From: an uncultured delta proteobacterium
GTDB taxonomy: Bacteria; Desulfobacterota; Binatia; Binatales; Binataceae
DNA length: 64,000 nucleotides
Assembly: GCA_963842085.1 (NCBI GenBank)
Contig: CAWJET010000002.1
Coordinates: 32,001-96,000, forward strand
Reading direction: 5' to 3'
A model generated the notes under the pieces. It was given only the letters and a program-made list of their open reading frames with translations, was not told where the DNA came from and ran no database searches. How positions within the stretch are numbered: the stretch's first letter is position 1; every line of letters starts with the position of its first letter. Below, piece by piece: positions 10,296-19,902 of the stretch. Both the position numbers and the translations under genes were made by a program.

Positions 10296-10534
10296 GGGCG
10301 CCCTTCATTGATCAGGTCCTTGATTTTGAGGCCACGGAGCCTGATCCCCTTGCTGGCGTCGCGCAGACCGGCGGCGGCGCGTTTTGCCTTGTTGCGGTCG
10401 AATCCCGGCTGCGCGGGCACGAGCTTGGCAACGGCTTTCCCGCGGCGGGTTATTACTACTTCCGCGCCGTGCTCGACCTGGTCGAGGAGCGCGCTCAACT
10501 TGTTCTTTGCCTCGAACGATCCGACTTCTCGCAT
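10292..10534 (-). CDS. Phd/YefM antitoxin
   Basis: EAKNKLSALLDQVEHGAEVVITRRGKAVAKLVP; 4-bp overlap with the toxin. Confidence 0.92.
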   Translation of the reverse strand: MREVGSFEAKNKLSALLDQVEHGAEVVITRRGKAVAKLVPAQPGFDRNKAKRAAAGLRDASKGIRLRGLKIKDLINEGRP

Positions 10535-10543
10535 AGTATTTCC

Positions 10544-10563
10544 AGCTAGCTTACAATCTAGCT
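10544..10563. promoter_or_regulatory. Likely toxin-antitoxin operator
   Basis: AGCTAG-N8-CTAGCT inverted repeat just upstream of the antitoxin ATG. Confidence 0.55.
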
Positions 10564-10772
10564 TAATCTGTCAGCAGAATGAAACGCGCGAACTATTAAG
10601 CCGGAAGCGTTCTTTTGCGCGGGCCGTCGCGCCGGCCTTTGCCCACGCCACGTTGACCGGCCAATCGCCGGGTGTTAGCCGAAATAGAGAGGCTGCGTGT
10701 ATCGGACGGCACTGTGATGCGCGGCTTCGCATTTCAGCAAACCTTCGTTGGCGCCAATGCCGGAGGTGCTTC

Positions 10773-12182
10773 ATGAACCGCGCGCTTTCATTAGCAATCG
10801 CCATGATAACGATTCTGTACGGCGTCACAGGCGCGAGCGCCGCCGCGGTCAAGCCTGGCGACGTTATCACCAAGGAGAACGCCGGCGAGGTCGCCGGACT
10901 GCTCAGTCCGGGCAACTACGTGCTGGCGCGCCAGGGCATGGAGATGAAGATCGTTCCGACCAGGGACTATGACTGGCCGCCGCCCTACAAGAGCTCGACC
11001 GAACAATACTCGCCGCAGGTTCGGCTCGGTCCGAACGGCGAGTTGCAAAACTACCGGGGAGGATTGCCGTTCCTCGTGCTTGATCCCAACGACCCGAAAG
11101 TCGCGCAGAAAATCATGTGGAACTTCGAGTTTGGGCCGTCGTACACCGACGATCTCGATTCGCAAGACGACGAAATAGCCTCCTATGCGCCCGGGCGGTC
11201 GGAGCCGTGGTCCGTCTATCCTGTCGGGCACCTGGCGGTCTATCGCAACGTCGGGCGCGAGGAAGTCGCCCCCATTACCACCGACGACGAGGGCTCGGGA
11301 ATCATGCAGCGGGTAGCGCTGGGCGCCATTATCGTCCCGATCGAGCCGCCGTTCTGGCAGCACCCGTGGGATTTTATGGTGCGTTACCGCTACTCGGACC
11401 CGCAGCGAGCGGATCTCGTTTGGTCGGGACTATCCAACTGGGGATGGTGGAACGAGGACCATCGGGGCATGGGGCCGACGAGTTATCTGGTCGGGACCTC
11501 GTTCTTCGGTAACCTCGACATGGATTCGTTGTTCGGCTTTTCGGGTCGGTTTACAGACTTTGATTTCAAATATCTTGGCGAGAAAGAGATGCTGGCGGTG
11601 GTGCACGCAAAGAGTCTTCCAGCCAGATCATGCGCGGCCGATGGCGGCCGTACCATATGTCCCGAGGACTGGGAGTTGCGCCATGTTTACGTGATCGAGG
11701 CGGATGCGCGCAGGTCCGGCAGATTTGGCGATATTCCTCCGATCGCAAAGCGGATTCTGTACATCGATTCTCAGGGATGGTTTATCACAGCTTCGGATCA
11801 ATACGACCACGGCGGAAATCTATGGAAGACGCTGGCGGTCTTCAACACGGTGCGTGACCGCGAGTATCCGGATTCGAGAGCCGCGGTCTATTCCTTCAAC
11901 CGCGTGTTCCAGACCGCGATGGTCGATGAGGACGTGCAGAGCGGGTATTCGACGATTCTCTTCACCCCCAGCCCGGACCGGCCCCGACACGACACATGGT
12001 TCATCAACCAGGGCGTGATTTCGCCGCACTGGATAATCCCGAATCGGTTTACGACCTACCGGTCATATTTCTATTTAGGGGAGCGTCATCGCCGAGCGAT
12101 GTGCAGGAGGACGCAGTATGCGCGCGGGTGGCCGATGCTTGAGTCGACGCCTATCGCGCGTCGAGTATTTCGACTTAAATAG
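10773..12182 (+). CDS. DUF1329-family periplasmic protein, divergent
   Basis: GGAGG RBS, signal peptide, VKPGDVITKEN, GLPF..DPNDP...KIMWN, DQYD..G.LWK. Confidence 0.8.
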   Translation: MNRALSLAIAMITILYGVTGASAAAVKPGDVITKENAGEVAGLLSPGNYVLARQGMEMKIVPTRDYDWPPPYKSSTEQYSPQVRLGPNGELQNYRGGLPFLVLDPNDPKVAQKIMWNFEFGPSYTDDLDSQDDEIASYAPGRSEPWSVYPVGHLAVYRNVGREEVAPITTDDEGSGIMQRVALGAIIVPIEPPFWQHPWDFMVRYRYSDPQRADLVWSGLSNWGWWNEDHRGMGPTSYLVGTSFFGNLDMDSLFGFSGRFTDFDFKYLGEKEMLAVVHAKSLPARSCAADGGRTICPEDWELRHVYVIEADARRSGRFGDIPPIAKRILYIDSQGWFITASDQYDHGGNLWKTLAVFNTVRDREYPDSRAAVYSFNRVFQTAMVDEDVQSGYSTILFTPSPDRPRHDTWFINQGVISPHWIIPNRFTTYRSYFYLGERHRRAMCRRTQYARGWPMLESTPIARRVFRLK

Positions 12183-12189
12183 CAAATCG

Positions 12190-12615
12190 ATGAAGCCAAA
12201 ACCTTTTGCGTCTATCGTTGCGTTGGGCATCGCACTCGTGTTCTCACAGCCTGCTCTGTCCGCCGGCAACGACGTGGCCGACGGGCATCATTATTTCATG
12301 CGCTTCTGCGCGTCGTGCCATGGCATCGACGGTCTCGGAGACGGTCCGGTGGCCAAGAGCCTGGTTACGCCGCCGGCAAATCTGCGCAAGCTCGGCGATA
12401 AATACGGCATGCCACTGCCGGCCCATCGCATAGCCGAGCTGATAGACGGCCGTGATACCCCCAGAGCCCATGGAACTCACGAGATGCCCGTATGGGGGGA
12501 GAAGCTTTACGAGGTCGGCGAAGGCGAAAGGGGCGAGTACGGGATCGGCGAGCTGATCGGCAAGATAATCGCCTACCTCGACACGATCCAGGATCGGCGG
12601 ACCGCGATGCGATAA
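12190..12615 (+). CDS. Monoheme cytochrome c
   Basis: Signal peptide, CASCHG.DG.GDGP, IDGR...HG..EMPVWG. Confidence 0.9.
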   Translation: MKPKPFASIVALGIALVFSQPALSAGNDVADGHHYFMRFCASCHGIDGLGDGPVAKSLVTPPANLRKLGDKYGMPLPAHRIAELIDGRDTPRAHGTHEMPVWGEKLYEVGEGERGEYGIGELIGKIIAYLDTIQDRRTAMR

Positions 12616-12622
12616 TCCGATC

Positions 12623-12762
12623 ATGATCATGCTCGGATGGACGACGGGCAGGCAGTACTCCCGACGCGAGCTTTCGGACATGCTGCGAGAGGCGGGCTTC
12701 AAAGATATCAGGGTCAAACCGACGTTCGGCTATATGAGCACGTCACCGGCGTGAAACCATAG
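12623..12762 (+). pseudogene. C-terminal remnant of an O-methyltransferase, frameshifted
   Basis: MIMLGWTTGRQYSRRELSDMLREAGFKDIRVKPTFGYMS then, after a 1-nt shift, VTGVKP-stop. Confidence 0.6.
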
Positions 12763-12793
12763 CCCGCAGGGGGCGCCCTGCGCACGCGCGGTC

Positions 12794-14476
12794 TCACGAG
12801 AGCGCCTGAGTTGCGATGCTCGCGGAAACCGCATGCGCCAGGCGCTCGAGTGCGTCCTCGATTTCGGCGATGACGCGTTCGCGCTGCTGGCTGGTGTCGA
12901 TGCGCAGGTGGCTTTGCGGCGAGATTTTGCCAATCGGCTCGAACTCGGCGCGCTGCCTGCGGTACACCTCCGGCGTGGCGTCCGACACTTCATTTTCCAT
13001 CGATGCGCGCCGCTCGAGCCGGCGTATCGCTTCGTCTTCGCTGACCACGCATTCGACAAAGAGCACCGGCACCTTGCACCGCGCAGCCAGCGCCAGTGCG
13101 AGCTGCCGGTCGGCAGAGGCTTTGAACGTAGCGTCGAGAATCGCTCCGCGCCCTTCGCTGAGCAGGCTCTCCGCCTCGGCCAGCATCGTGTCATAGGCGA
13201 GCTTCGTAAACCGGTCCGAATATATGTTCACCCCGTAATCGGTGCGGACGTGCTGATGCGGCGAGATCGACGCCAGCCGCTTGCGGACGCGGTCGGAGTT
13301 GATTGCCTTGAAGCCTTTGCGATGCTGCAGCACGCGGGCGACGGTCGATTTGCCCGTACCCGAAAGCCCGCATACTATTATCAGCGCGGGCGACGCACCG
13401 CGGGCATAGCGCGACGCCAGCGCGAAATAGCTGCTCGCCAGCTGGCTGGCACCCTTGCGCTCGGCATCGCCAACCTCGCGCTCCAGGCTGCGCAGGCTCT
13501 CGACCTTGCCGCGCACGCACGCCCGGTAGCATTTGTAGAACGGGACGAACACCGCAAGCTCCTCGTCGCCGGCGAACTCGGCGTAAGCCTCGACCAACTC
13601 ATCGGCGAGCCCGGGCGCGCCGAGTCGATCGAGGTCCATCGCCAGGAATGCGACCTCGGAAGCAACGTCGCCATAGCGCAAGCGCTCGCTGAACTCGACG
13701 CAATCGATCACGTCAATCTCGTTGCCCAACAGGCAGATGTGCTCGGCGCGCAAGTCGCCGTGCCCTTCGCGGACGCGGCCCTCGAGCGCGCGGTCATTCA
13801 AGGGCCGCCAGTGAGCGGTGAGAAAGGCGCGGCAGAAAGCTTCGATCGAATTGAACTGGTCTTGGCCAAGCGTGTGACCGACGAAAGCCTCGTTCTGCGC
13901 GATCTCGTCCGTCACGCTGCGCCAGATCGCGGCGGCCGAACCGTAGACCCATCCATGATTTGAGTGGGCGCTGGCGTGAAACTCCGCGATGCGCGCCGCA
14001 ATCGCGCGAATCGCGGCGTTGTCTATCTGGCCCGCGGCCAGCAGCCGGTCGAGCATCCGGTCTTCGGGCAGCCGGCGCATCTTGACCGCGTACTCGACGG
14101 CTTCGGGATGCCGCGCATGCACCTCGGGTCCGAGCGCGAAGGAGTCTCCGCGCCCAAGAATCGCGCACACGCCGAGGTACACCCGCGGGGAAAGGCGCGC
14201 GTTGAGCCGCACCTCCTCGCAGCAGTAGTGGAACCGATCCGCAAGCCTGGAACAGTCCAGGAATGCGAAATGGGCCGGCTTCTTTACCTTGTAAACGAAG
14301 TCGCCGGCGAGGAACACGTAGGAAATATGCGTCTGCTTCAACTCGACGCGCGCGGGCGAATCCGGGTAGAACCCCGTCCGCATCATTGCCTCGACCAGCG
14401 GCGGCACATAGCCGGCCGAACGACCAGCGGGCATCGACATTCCGCGTGCGTCAGTGATTTCTACTGCGGGGTCCAC
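12794..14476 (-). CDS. Aminoglycoside-phosphotransferase-like / AAA kinase fusion (Rv2004c-like)
   Basis: QTHISYVFL..KVKKP, HGDLRAEHI, DCVEF, C-terminal GLSGTGKS P-loop. Confidence 0.9.
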   Translation of the reverse strand: MDPAVEITDARGMSMPAGRSAGYVPPLVEAMMRTGFYPDSPARVELKQTHISYVFLAGDFVYKVKKPAHFAFLDCSRLADRFHYCCEEVRLNARLSPRVYLGVCAILGRGDSFALGPEVHARHPEAVEYAVKMRRLPEDRMLDRLLAAGQIDNAAIRAIAARIAEFHASAHSNHGWVYGSAAAIWRSVTDEIAQNEAFVGHTLGQDQFNSIEAFCRAFLTAHWRPLNDRALEGRVREGHGDLRAEHICLLGNEIDVIDCVEFSERLRYGDVASEVAFLAMDLDRLGAPGLADELVEAYAEFAGDEELAVFVPFYKCYRACVRGKVESLRSLEREVGDAERKGASQLASSYFALASRYARGASPALIIVCGLSGTGKSTVARVLQHRKGFKAINSDRVRKRLASISPHQHVRTDYGVNIYSDRFTKLAYDTMLAEAESLLSEGRGAILDATFKASADRQLALALAARCKVPVLFVECVVSEDEAIRRLERRASMENEVSDATPEVYRRQRAEFEPIGKISPQSHLRIDTSQQRERVIAEIEDALERLAHAVSASIATQALS

Positions 14477-14489
14477 GCGCCACTCCTGC

Positions 14490-15308
14490 TCACTGGCCGT
14501 GCTCAGCCCCGTGCGTCAGCGCCTCGAGCACGTCGCAGGTGGTTATCACGCCGGCCAGCTTGCCATCCTCGATCACCGGCAGCGCTCCGATCTTGCGCTC
14601 GCGCAGCAAGCGCGCAGCCTCCCGAATATCGGTCGCCGGGGTCACGGTTATCAGCGCTTCGCTCATCGCCTTGAACGCCTCGGTTTGATCGAGGTAACCG
14701 GTGCGCTGGCGGATGTCGCGGTCGGTCACAATTCCGACCGGGGCGCCCTCACACACGATCGGCACGCTTCGAAAGCCGCCTGCGTGCATCTTTGCCGCGA
14801 TGGAGGAGAGCTTTTCCTGCGGAGTCGCGGTAACGGGATTCTTCGTCATCCAGGTGCCGACCAGATCGCTTTGAACCGGGGTGCATCGCACGGTCAGGAC
14901 CGGGCAGGTCGATTCGCGCAGTACGAGTTCGGCTATGCTGCCAAGGAAAAAGCGCTTGAAGCCGCGCCGTCCGTGCGTGGCCATTACCACCACGTCGGCG
15001 TTGGTCCTCTTTTCGGCGTTCAAGATGGTACCGGCGGGCTCGCCCGTATGGATCAGGAGTTCGTACTTGATCCCGGCGAGCCGCTTGTGCGCAATCTCGA
15101 GCAGCTTGGTGCGAGCAGTCTCTTCCTGGCCCTTGTAGAGGTCCACATAAACCGGCATTCCGGTTGGCGCGAGGATCATCGGAACCACGTGCAGGACGAA
15201 TACGATTCCATCGCTCTCGCGAGCGAGATTCGCCGCGGTATCGAGCGCTTGCATCGAGTTGTCGTCGAAATCGACCGGGCAAAGAATTCTGCTGAATTGC
15301 CGTGCCAT
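14490..15308 (-). CDS. Universal stress protein fused to a CBS pair
   Basis: ILCPVDF, MATHGRRG...LGSIAE..CPVL; GIVTDRD and GVITTCD. Confidence 0.92.
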   Translation of the reverse strand: MARQFSRILCPVDFDDNSMQALDTAANLARESDGIVFVLHVVPMILAPTGMPVYVDLYKGQEETARTKLLEIAHKRLAGIKYELLIHTGEPAGTILNAEKRTNADVVVMATHGRRGFKRFFLGSIAELVLRESTCPVLTVRCTPVQSDLVGTWMTKNPVTATPQEKLSSIAAKMHAGGFRSVPIVCEGAPVGIVTDRDIRQRTGYLDQTEAFKAMSEALITVTPATDIREAARLLRERKIGALPVIEDGKLAGVITTCDVLEALTHGAEHGQ

Positions 15309-15346
15309 AAAATTTTCCTCCATACGCAGTAGCGCTCATTTGTATT

Positions 15347-15362
15347 AGCCAATGCTGTGCCA
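15347..15362 (-). promoter_or_regulatory. sigma54 (-24/-12) promoter for usp-CBS and the kinase
   Basis: Minus strand TGGCACAGCATTGGCT (GG-N10-GC). Confidence 0.65.
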
Positions 15363-15490
15363 TCGTCGTGGCCTCGATTTCTCGCGGATATAAAGGCTCG
15401 CTGGATACGATGTCCTACGACTCTGTATCCGATCGCACCACTTACAAATTGTAGATGGAGCTAAATCGGCCTATTGACGCGTAATCTTGG

Positions 15491-15506
15491 TGGCAAGCGA
15501 ATTGCT
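15491..15506 (+). promoter_or_regulatory. sigma54 promoter for CBS and BCAM0308
   Basis: TGGCAAGCGAATTGCT (GG-N10-GC, TTGCT). Confidence 0.75.
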
Positions 15507-15540
15507 CCTAATTCAAGTGAATGACCTGGAGGAACAAACC

Positions 15541-15933
15541 ATGCAGATTGTCAACTTGATGACTTCGGATCCGGTGACGATCGGTCCGCAAGATACGCTG
15601 GCGAAGGCCAAGACGATCATGGACGCCGGTCGCTTCAGGCGCGTGCCGGTAATGGATGACGGGCGGCTGGTCGGCATCGTGACTGAACGCGACCTGCGCG
15701 AATACACCGGTTACCTGGAATCAACGCGGGTCAACGCGGCGATGCGCACCGCGCTGGTCACGGTCACGCCATACAACACAGTGGAAGACGCGGCGCGCCT
15801 GATGCTGAAGCACAAGATCGGCGGACTGCCGATTGTCGCCAACGGCACCCTGGTCGGCATCGTCACCACGAGCGATCTGCTCAGGGCATTTTTGCTCGTC
15901 GTGGCCGGAACCCGCCAGATCATGAACCCCTAA
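15541..15933 (+). CDS. CBS-domain protein
   Basis: GGAGG RBS; two CBS motifs, LVGIVTERD and LVGIVTTSD. Confidence 0.92.
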   Translation: MQIVNLMTSDPVTIGPQDTLAKAKTIMDAGRFRRVPVMDDGRLVGIVTERDLREYTGYLESTRVNAAMRTALVTVTPYNTVEDAARLMLKHKIGGLPIVANGTLVGIVTTSDLLRAFLLVVAGTRQIMNP

Positions 15934-15969
15934 CTGCATGCAAGCGGAAGAAAAAGGAAAGGGAATCCA

Positions 15970-16518
15970 ATGAAGCAGCAGACCACTAGCAACACCAGCA
16001 AGGGCCTCGCCCGCAGCCTCGACCGCCGCGGCACACGTTCCGACATGAGCCCGCCGGTCGCACAGAAAGGGCGCGCACCCGAAGATCCGTCCGTCTGCGA
16101 CATCTGTGGCAGCGTCTATACAGCCAAGACCTGGCGGCGCGACCGGCCACTGCCGGCGAAACTCCTGAACGCGGCGGCATGGACGATTTGCCCGGCGTGC
16201 AAGCAAGCGAAGAGTGGCAGGTACTTCGGGCGCGTACTGGTGCGCGGTTCGAGTGCCCTTTCAAACCTGGAGGCGATTCGCGCGCGGATTGCCAACGTCG
16301 AGCGGCGCGCCGAATTCACGCAGCCCGAGCGGCGCATTATCGCCAGCAACTGGAACGGGGAAACGCTCGAGGTGCTGACCACGTCGCAAAAGCTGGCGCA
16401 TCGGATTGCCCGCGAACTGCAGAAGGCGTTCGGCGGACGCGCGCGTTACACCTGGTCCGAGCACGACGGCGCGCTGACCGCCGTCTGGCAGAGCGAGACG
16501 GGTCTTACCGGCGCGTGA
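15970..16518 (+). CDS. BCAM0308-family protein
   Basis: CDICG..Y...W, CPAC, TTSQKLAHRIAR.L.KAFGG. Confidence 0.8.
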   Translation: MKQQTTSNTSKGLARSLDRRGTRSDMSPPVAQKGRAPEDPSVCDICGSVYTAKTWRRDRPLPAKLLNAAAWTICPACKQAKSGRYFGRVLVRGSSALSNLEAIRARIANVERRAEFTQPERRIIASNWNGETLEVLTTSQKLAHRIARELQKAFGGRARYTWSEHDGALTAVWQSETGLTGA

Positions 16519-18021
16519 TCATTCGATGCCGTACTTGGCGATCTTGGCGTAGAGCTTTTTGCGCGAGATCTTGAGCAGCTTGGCGGCTTGGAGCTTGTTG
16601 CCCTCGGTCGCCTCGAGCGCGCCGCGGATAAGGTCTTGTTCGGCATCGGCGAAACTGCCCACCGGAATTCTTCTGCCGATGGGCGCGCTTTGGCCCGCGC
16701 TCAAACCGGAGATCGACGCCGGCAGGTCCGGCAATCGGATCACGGGCGAGCGGCTGAAGGTGAATGCGGTCTCGATCGCATTGGCAAGTTCGCGGACGTT
16801 GCCCGGCCACGAATAGCGCCGCATCGCTTCGAGCGCTTCGTTTTCGATCCCGGTGACGGGGACCGCCCGCATCTGCCGCGCGTTGAACAGCTCGATGAAA
16901 TGTTCGACCAGCAGCGCCACGTCCTCGGCGCGCTCCCGCAGCGGCGGTATGTGAATGACGCCCGCCTGGAGACGGTAGTAGAGGTCGTCGCGAAGCCGCC
17001 CCGCCTCGACCGCTTCCTGCGGCTCGCGGTTGGTCGAGGCGATCAGGCGCACGTCCACCGCAATCTCTTTGGTCGAGCCTACCGGACGCACCGTGCGCTC
17101 CTGCAGAGCGCGCAGCAGCTTGCTCTGCGTATCGGCGCTCATCTCCGTTACTTCGTCGAGGAACAGAGTCCCGCCCTCAGCCGCGCGGAACAGCCCCAGG
17201 TACTCGGTGTTCGCTCCGCTGAATGCGCCGCGCTTGTATCCGAACAGCTCGCTCTCGATCAGGTCCCTCGGTATAGCCGCGCAGTTGAGCGCGACGAACG
17301 GCGCCGCCGGTTGCGGGCCGCATTCGTGAATGGCGTGCGCCACCAGTTCCTTGCCCGTGCCGCTTTCGCCGACAATTAGAATCGTGCCGCGCGTGGCGCC
17401 TGCCGATTCCACCCGGTCGTACAACTGCCGCATTGCCGCACTGGCGCCGACCAGGCCATGGAAACGGCTGCGGGATTGATTTGGCATCCCGCCGGCCTCG
17501 CGTTCGAGCGCCAGGATTCGCGCTCCGGAGACGGCGGTCTTCGACCGGAAATAGGTATCTGCGAGCACGATCATTCGTATGTGGCTCAGTTTGTCGAACG
17601 AGTGGTAGGTCCGTGGCATCACCGGCGGAAACGATGGAAACGCGGTGGCCGCGCTCTCTTCGAACAGATGTATCGAGACGATCAGCTCTGAGAAGGGGAC
17701 GCCGCGCTCGGCGAGATCCTCCGCAACTCGGGCGATGTCGGCGGCGAAGCGGTCCATGTCTTTGTCGAGCAGATCCTTCAGCGTGGCATCGAGCTCGCCG
17801 CCGAAGATCGCCATGAATTCCACCCTGGTCAGCGCGCGTGTGTCGGCAAAGTGCAGCACGTAGAGCTGGTACCAGTGTTCCAGCACGCGGTCGCGATTTT
17901 TCTGGACGGACTCCAGGACCGGACGAAGGTCGTCGAGCTCCGCGTCCCACAGTAAGTGAAAATAGCGGGGCGTTCCGCTTGGCAGTGAAGCAGGAGGCGC
18001 TGAGGTGGTGTTGGGTTTCAT
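16519..18021 (-). CDS. sigma54 enhancer-binding protein with helical (RsbRD_N/globin-like) sensor domain
   Basis: GESGTGKE, ESELFG..GAFSGA, LFLDEV, WPGNVREL, Fis-type HTH; start uncertain. Confidence 0.9.
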   Translation of the reverse strand: MKPNTTSAPPASLPSGTPRYFHLLWDAELDDLRPVLESVQKNRDRVLEHWYQLYVLHFADTRALTRVEFMAIFGGELDATLKDLLDKDMDRFAADIARVAEDLAERGVPFSELIVSIHLFEESAATAFPSFPPVMPRTYHSFDKLSHIRMIVLADTYFRSKTAVSGARILALEREAGGMPNQSRSRFHGLVGASAAMRQLYDRVESAGATRGTILIVGESGTGKELVAHAIHECGPQPAAPFVALNCAAIPRDLIESELFGYKRGAFSGANTEYLGLFRAAEGGTLFLDEVTEMSADTQSKLLRALQERTVRPVGSTKEIAVDVRLIASTNREPQEAVEAGRLRDDLYYRLQAGVIHIPPLRERAEDVALLVEHFIELFNARQMRAVPVTGIENEALEAMRRYSWPGNVRELANAIETAFTFSRSPVIRLPDLPASISGLSAGQSAPIGRRIPVGSFADAEQDLIRGALEATEGNKLQAAKLLKISRKKLYAKIAKYGIE

Positions 18022-18155
18022 TCCTTGAGGATTGGCTCGAAAGGCGTCAGTCGTGTGAAAAACCGCTACATGCGGGGACAAACCTCTTTAACATATGTTC
18101 CCCCGAAAACCAAAATTGCGTGTATTTCAGCGGCGTTTCGGCGGAACAGCTGCGC

Positions 18156-18171
18156 TGGCATGCTTCAAGCA
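18156..18171 (+). promoter_or_regulatory. sigma54 promoter for the receiver-like gene
   Basis: TGGCATGCTTCAAGCA (GG-N10-GC). Confidence 0.55.
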
Positions 18172-18207
18172 ATAACCAAGCTCAGATTGCCGAATAGCGT
18201 GGAATCA

Positions 18208-18693
18208 ATGCTTGAGCCGTACAATCAGCTTAAACCGGGACCAGACCGCCGCGGCAGAGGAAGCCGCAATTTCGCTCCTCGGGTGGCGCTTGCGCAAGCG
18301 GCGGACTCGGCTGGAACCGGCGCCGGCCCGCGGGTTATAGCGGTTTTTTCGCGCGACCAATCGATCGTTCGGATGATCGCCGAGGCGCTGAACGATTCGT
18401 GGGTCATGGTCAACTTTACCAATCCGCAGGAGGCGCGCGCCTCGCTGCTGAAGCCGGGCATCAAGATAGTCGTAATCGACGACGAGGTGCTCGAGGAATC
18501 CAGCCGTGGCTGGCTGCTCGACCAGGTGCGGAAGTGGGCGCCCCACGCACTTGTCGCCTACATCGCGGCGATTCACAGTCACGCCACGGAGCGGCGCGCG
18601 CGTAGATATCGCGTCCAGTACTACACCTCGAAACCGATGGATCGAGAACGCACTCTCAGGGTCTTGCATTCGTTCGAGCGCGCGGCCCGTTAG
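18208..18693 (+). CDS. Atypical stand-alone receiver-domain protein
   Basis: IVVIDD and YTSKP in a REC-like pattern; N-terminal acidic pair missing. Confidence 0.6.
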   Translation: MLEPYNQLKPGPDRRGRGSRNFAPRVALAQAADSAGTGAGPRVIAVFSRDQSIVRMIAEALNDSWVMVNFTNPQEARASLLKPGIKIVVIDDEVLEESSRGWLLDQVRKWAPHALVAYIAAIHSHATERRARRYRVQYYTSKPMDRERTLRVLHSFERAAR

Positions 18694-18707
18694 CCGCCAG
18701 GCGTGCG

Positions 18708-19112
18708 CTACTTCTGCTGCAGGCTCTCGACGTATCGCGCCATAGACTCGATTCTTCGTTTCACTGCGGCATTGCTTTCCGGAGTGAACTCCTCGCCCGG
18801 TTTTTGCAGGGTTGTCCCCAGGAAGGGCATCTGGATGCGCTCGTGAGACGGAACAACTTTGCGGCCGTCGATCGTATCCACGACCTCCTGGAAAGGAAAC
18901 TTGCCGCCATTTTCCCTGGTCAGCAGAGTAAGGTCGGACGGTGGCGGAGTCATTGGAATGGTCGAGACTGAGGGGCCGTTACCTTTGCCGTCGGGCCCGT
19001 GGCATTCGGCGCAGTAACTATCGTAATCCTGCTTTCCGGACTGAGCTACGGCAGGCCCGGCGGTAAGCGCGAGCGCTACCATCAGCAGCAGCAATGCGGT
19101 CGCCCTCTGCAT
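18708..19112 (-). CDS. Monoheme cytochrome c (same family as 12190..12615)
   Basis: Signal peptide, CAECHG.DGKGNGP, IDGR...MPF. Confidence 0.88.
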   Translation of the reverse strand: MQRATALLLLMVALALTAGPAVAQSGKQDYDSYCAECHGPDGKGNGPSVSTIPMTPPPSDLTLLTRENGGKFPFQEVVDTIDGRKVVPSHERIQMPFLGTTLQKPGEEFTPESNAAVKRRIESMARYVESLQQK

Positions 19113-19243
19113 AGTGAGCACTATGCCGACCAGGGGAATCGCGATGCCATCATGTTGATTTGTCACTGTGCGGGTCCTTCGTAGTGATTCCGTTGGCGCC
19201 ATGACTGGAGCGATCGGCTACATGGTGCGCCAGTTCGCGAGCG

Positions 19244-19732
19244 TCACTGGATGACGCGAATGGTTGGCGTCGCCACCGGCTTCGGAGTTGACCGGATATG
19301 CTCGAATACGGTCTTGTTGGCGGTGGCTAGTTGACCCACGGCGGCCAGGATTCTATCCGACATCTCGCCGGTGGCGTCCTTGCCGACTCTAAACACGGAA
19401 GAATCTTCGTACACTTCGCCCGGCAGTCGGTCGGCATAGATGGTGAACGCGACCGACACCGCAGACATTGTGCCAGTGAGCTTGCTGTCGATGCCCGGAA
19501 GTCCCGTGAACAAATCCATGCACCAGAGATGCACTCCGATGCCGTATTTGTCGGTGTGATCGACGAGCATATATGCGGTCGAGTCTTTGACTTTGTCCTT
19601 GAAGGCGGAGCAAAAGTCTCCGCCGACCTGATCGGAGCAGTGACAATCGACGAAGACGCTCAAACGGTTGTCGTTTTCGTTGCCGGCCGCCCGGCCATTT
19701 GTGGGCGAGACAAGCAGCAGCAGGGCCAGCAT
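19244..19732 (-). CDS. Secreted hypothetical protein, Cys-containing
   Basis: Hydrophobic N-terminus, DCHC...C...C; start uncertain. Confidence 0.6.
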   Translation of the reverse strand: MLALLLLVSPTNGRAAGNENDNRLSVFVDCHCSDQVGGDFCSAFKDKVKDSTAYMLVDHTDKYGIGVHLWCMDLFTGLPGIDSKLTGTMSAVSVAFTIYADRLPGEVYEDSSVFRVGKDATGEMSDRILAAVGQLATANKTVFEHIRSTPKPVATPTIRVIQ

Positions 19733-19902
19733 TCCTAGCGAGGCTGCGAGATTCGTTTTCAAAGTAAGTGGCAGGGTAGCGGAGTGACGGCGATCCGGGC
19801 AAATGCTTCGTTTCACGCATCGCGACATCGCTCTCGCCGCATGATAGCATTTCAGGGTTATTTTGAACGAGGGAGTTTGAACATTATCCGATGTTATTGA
19901 AT

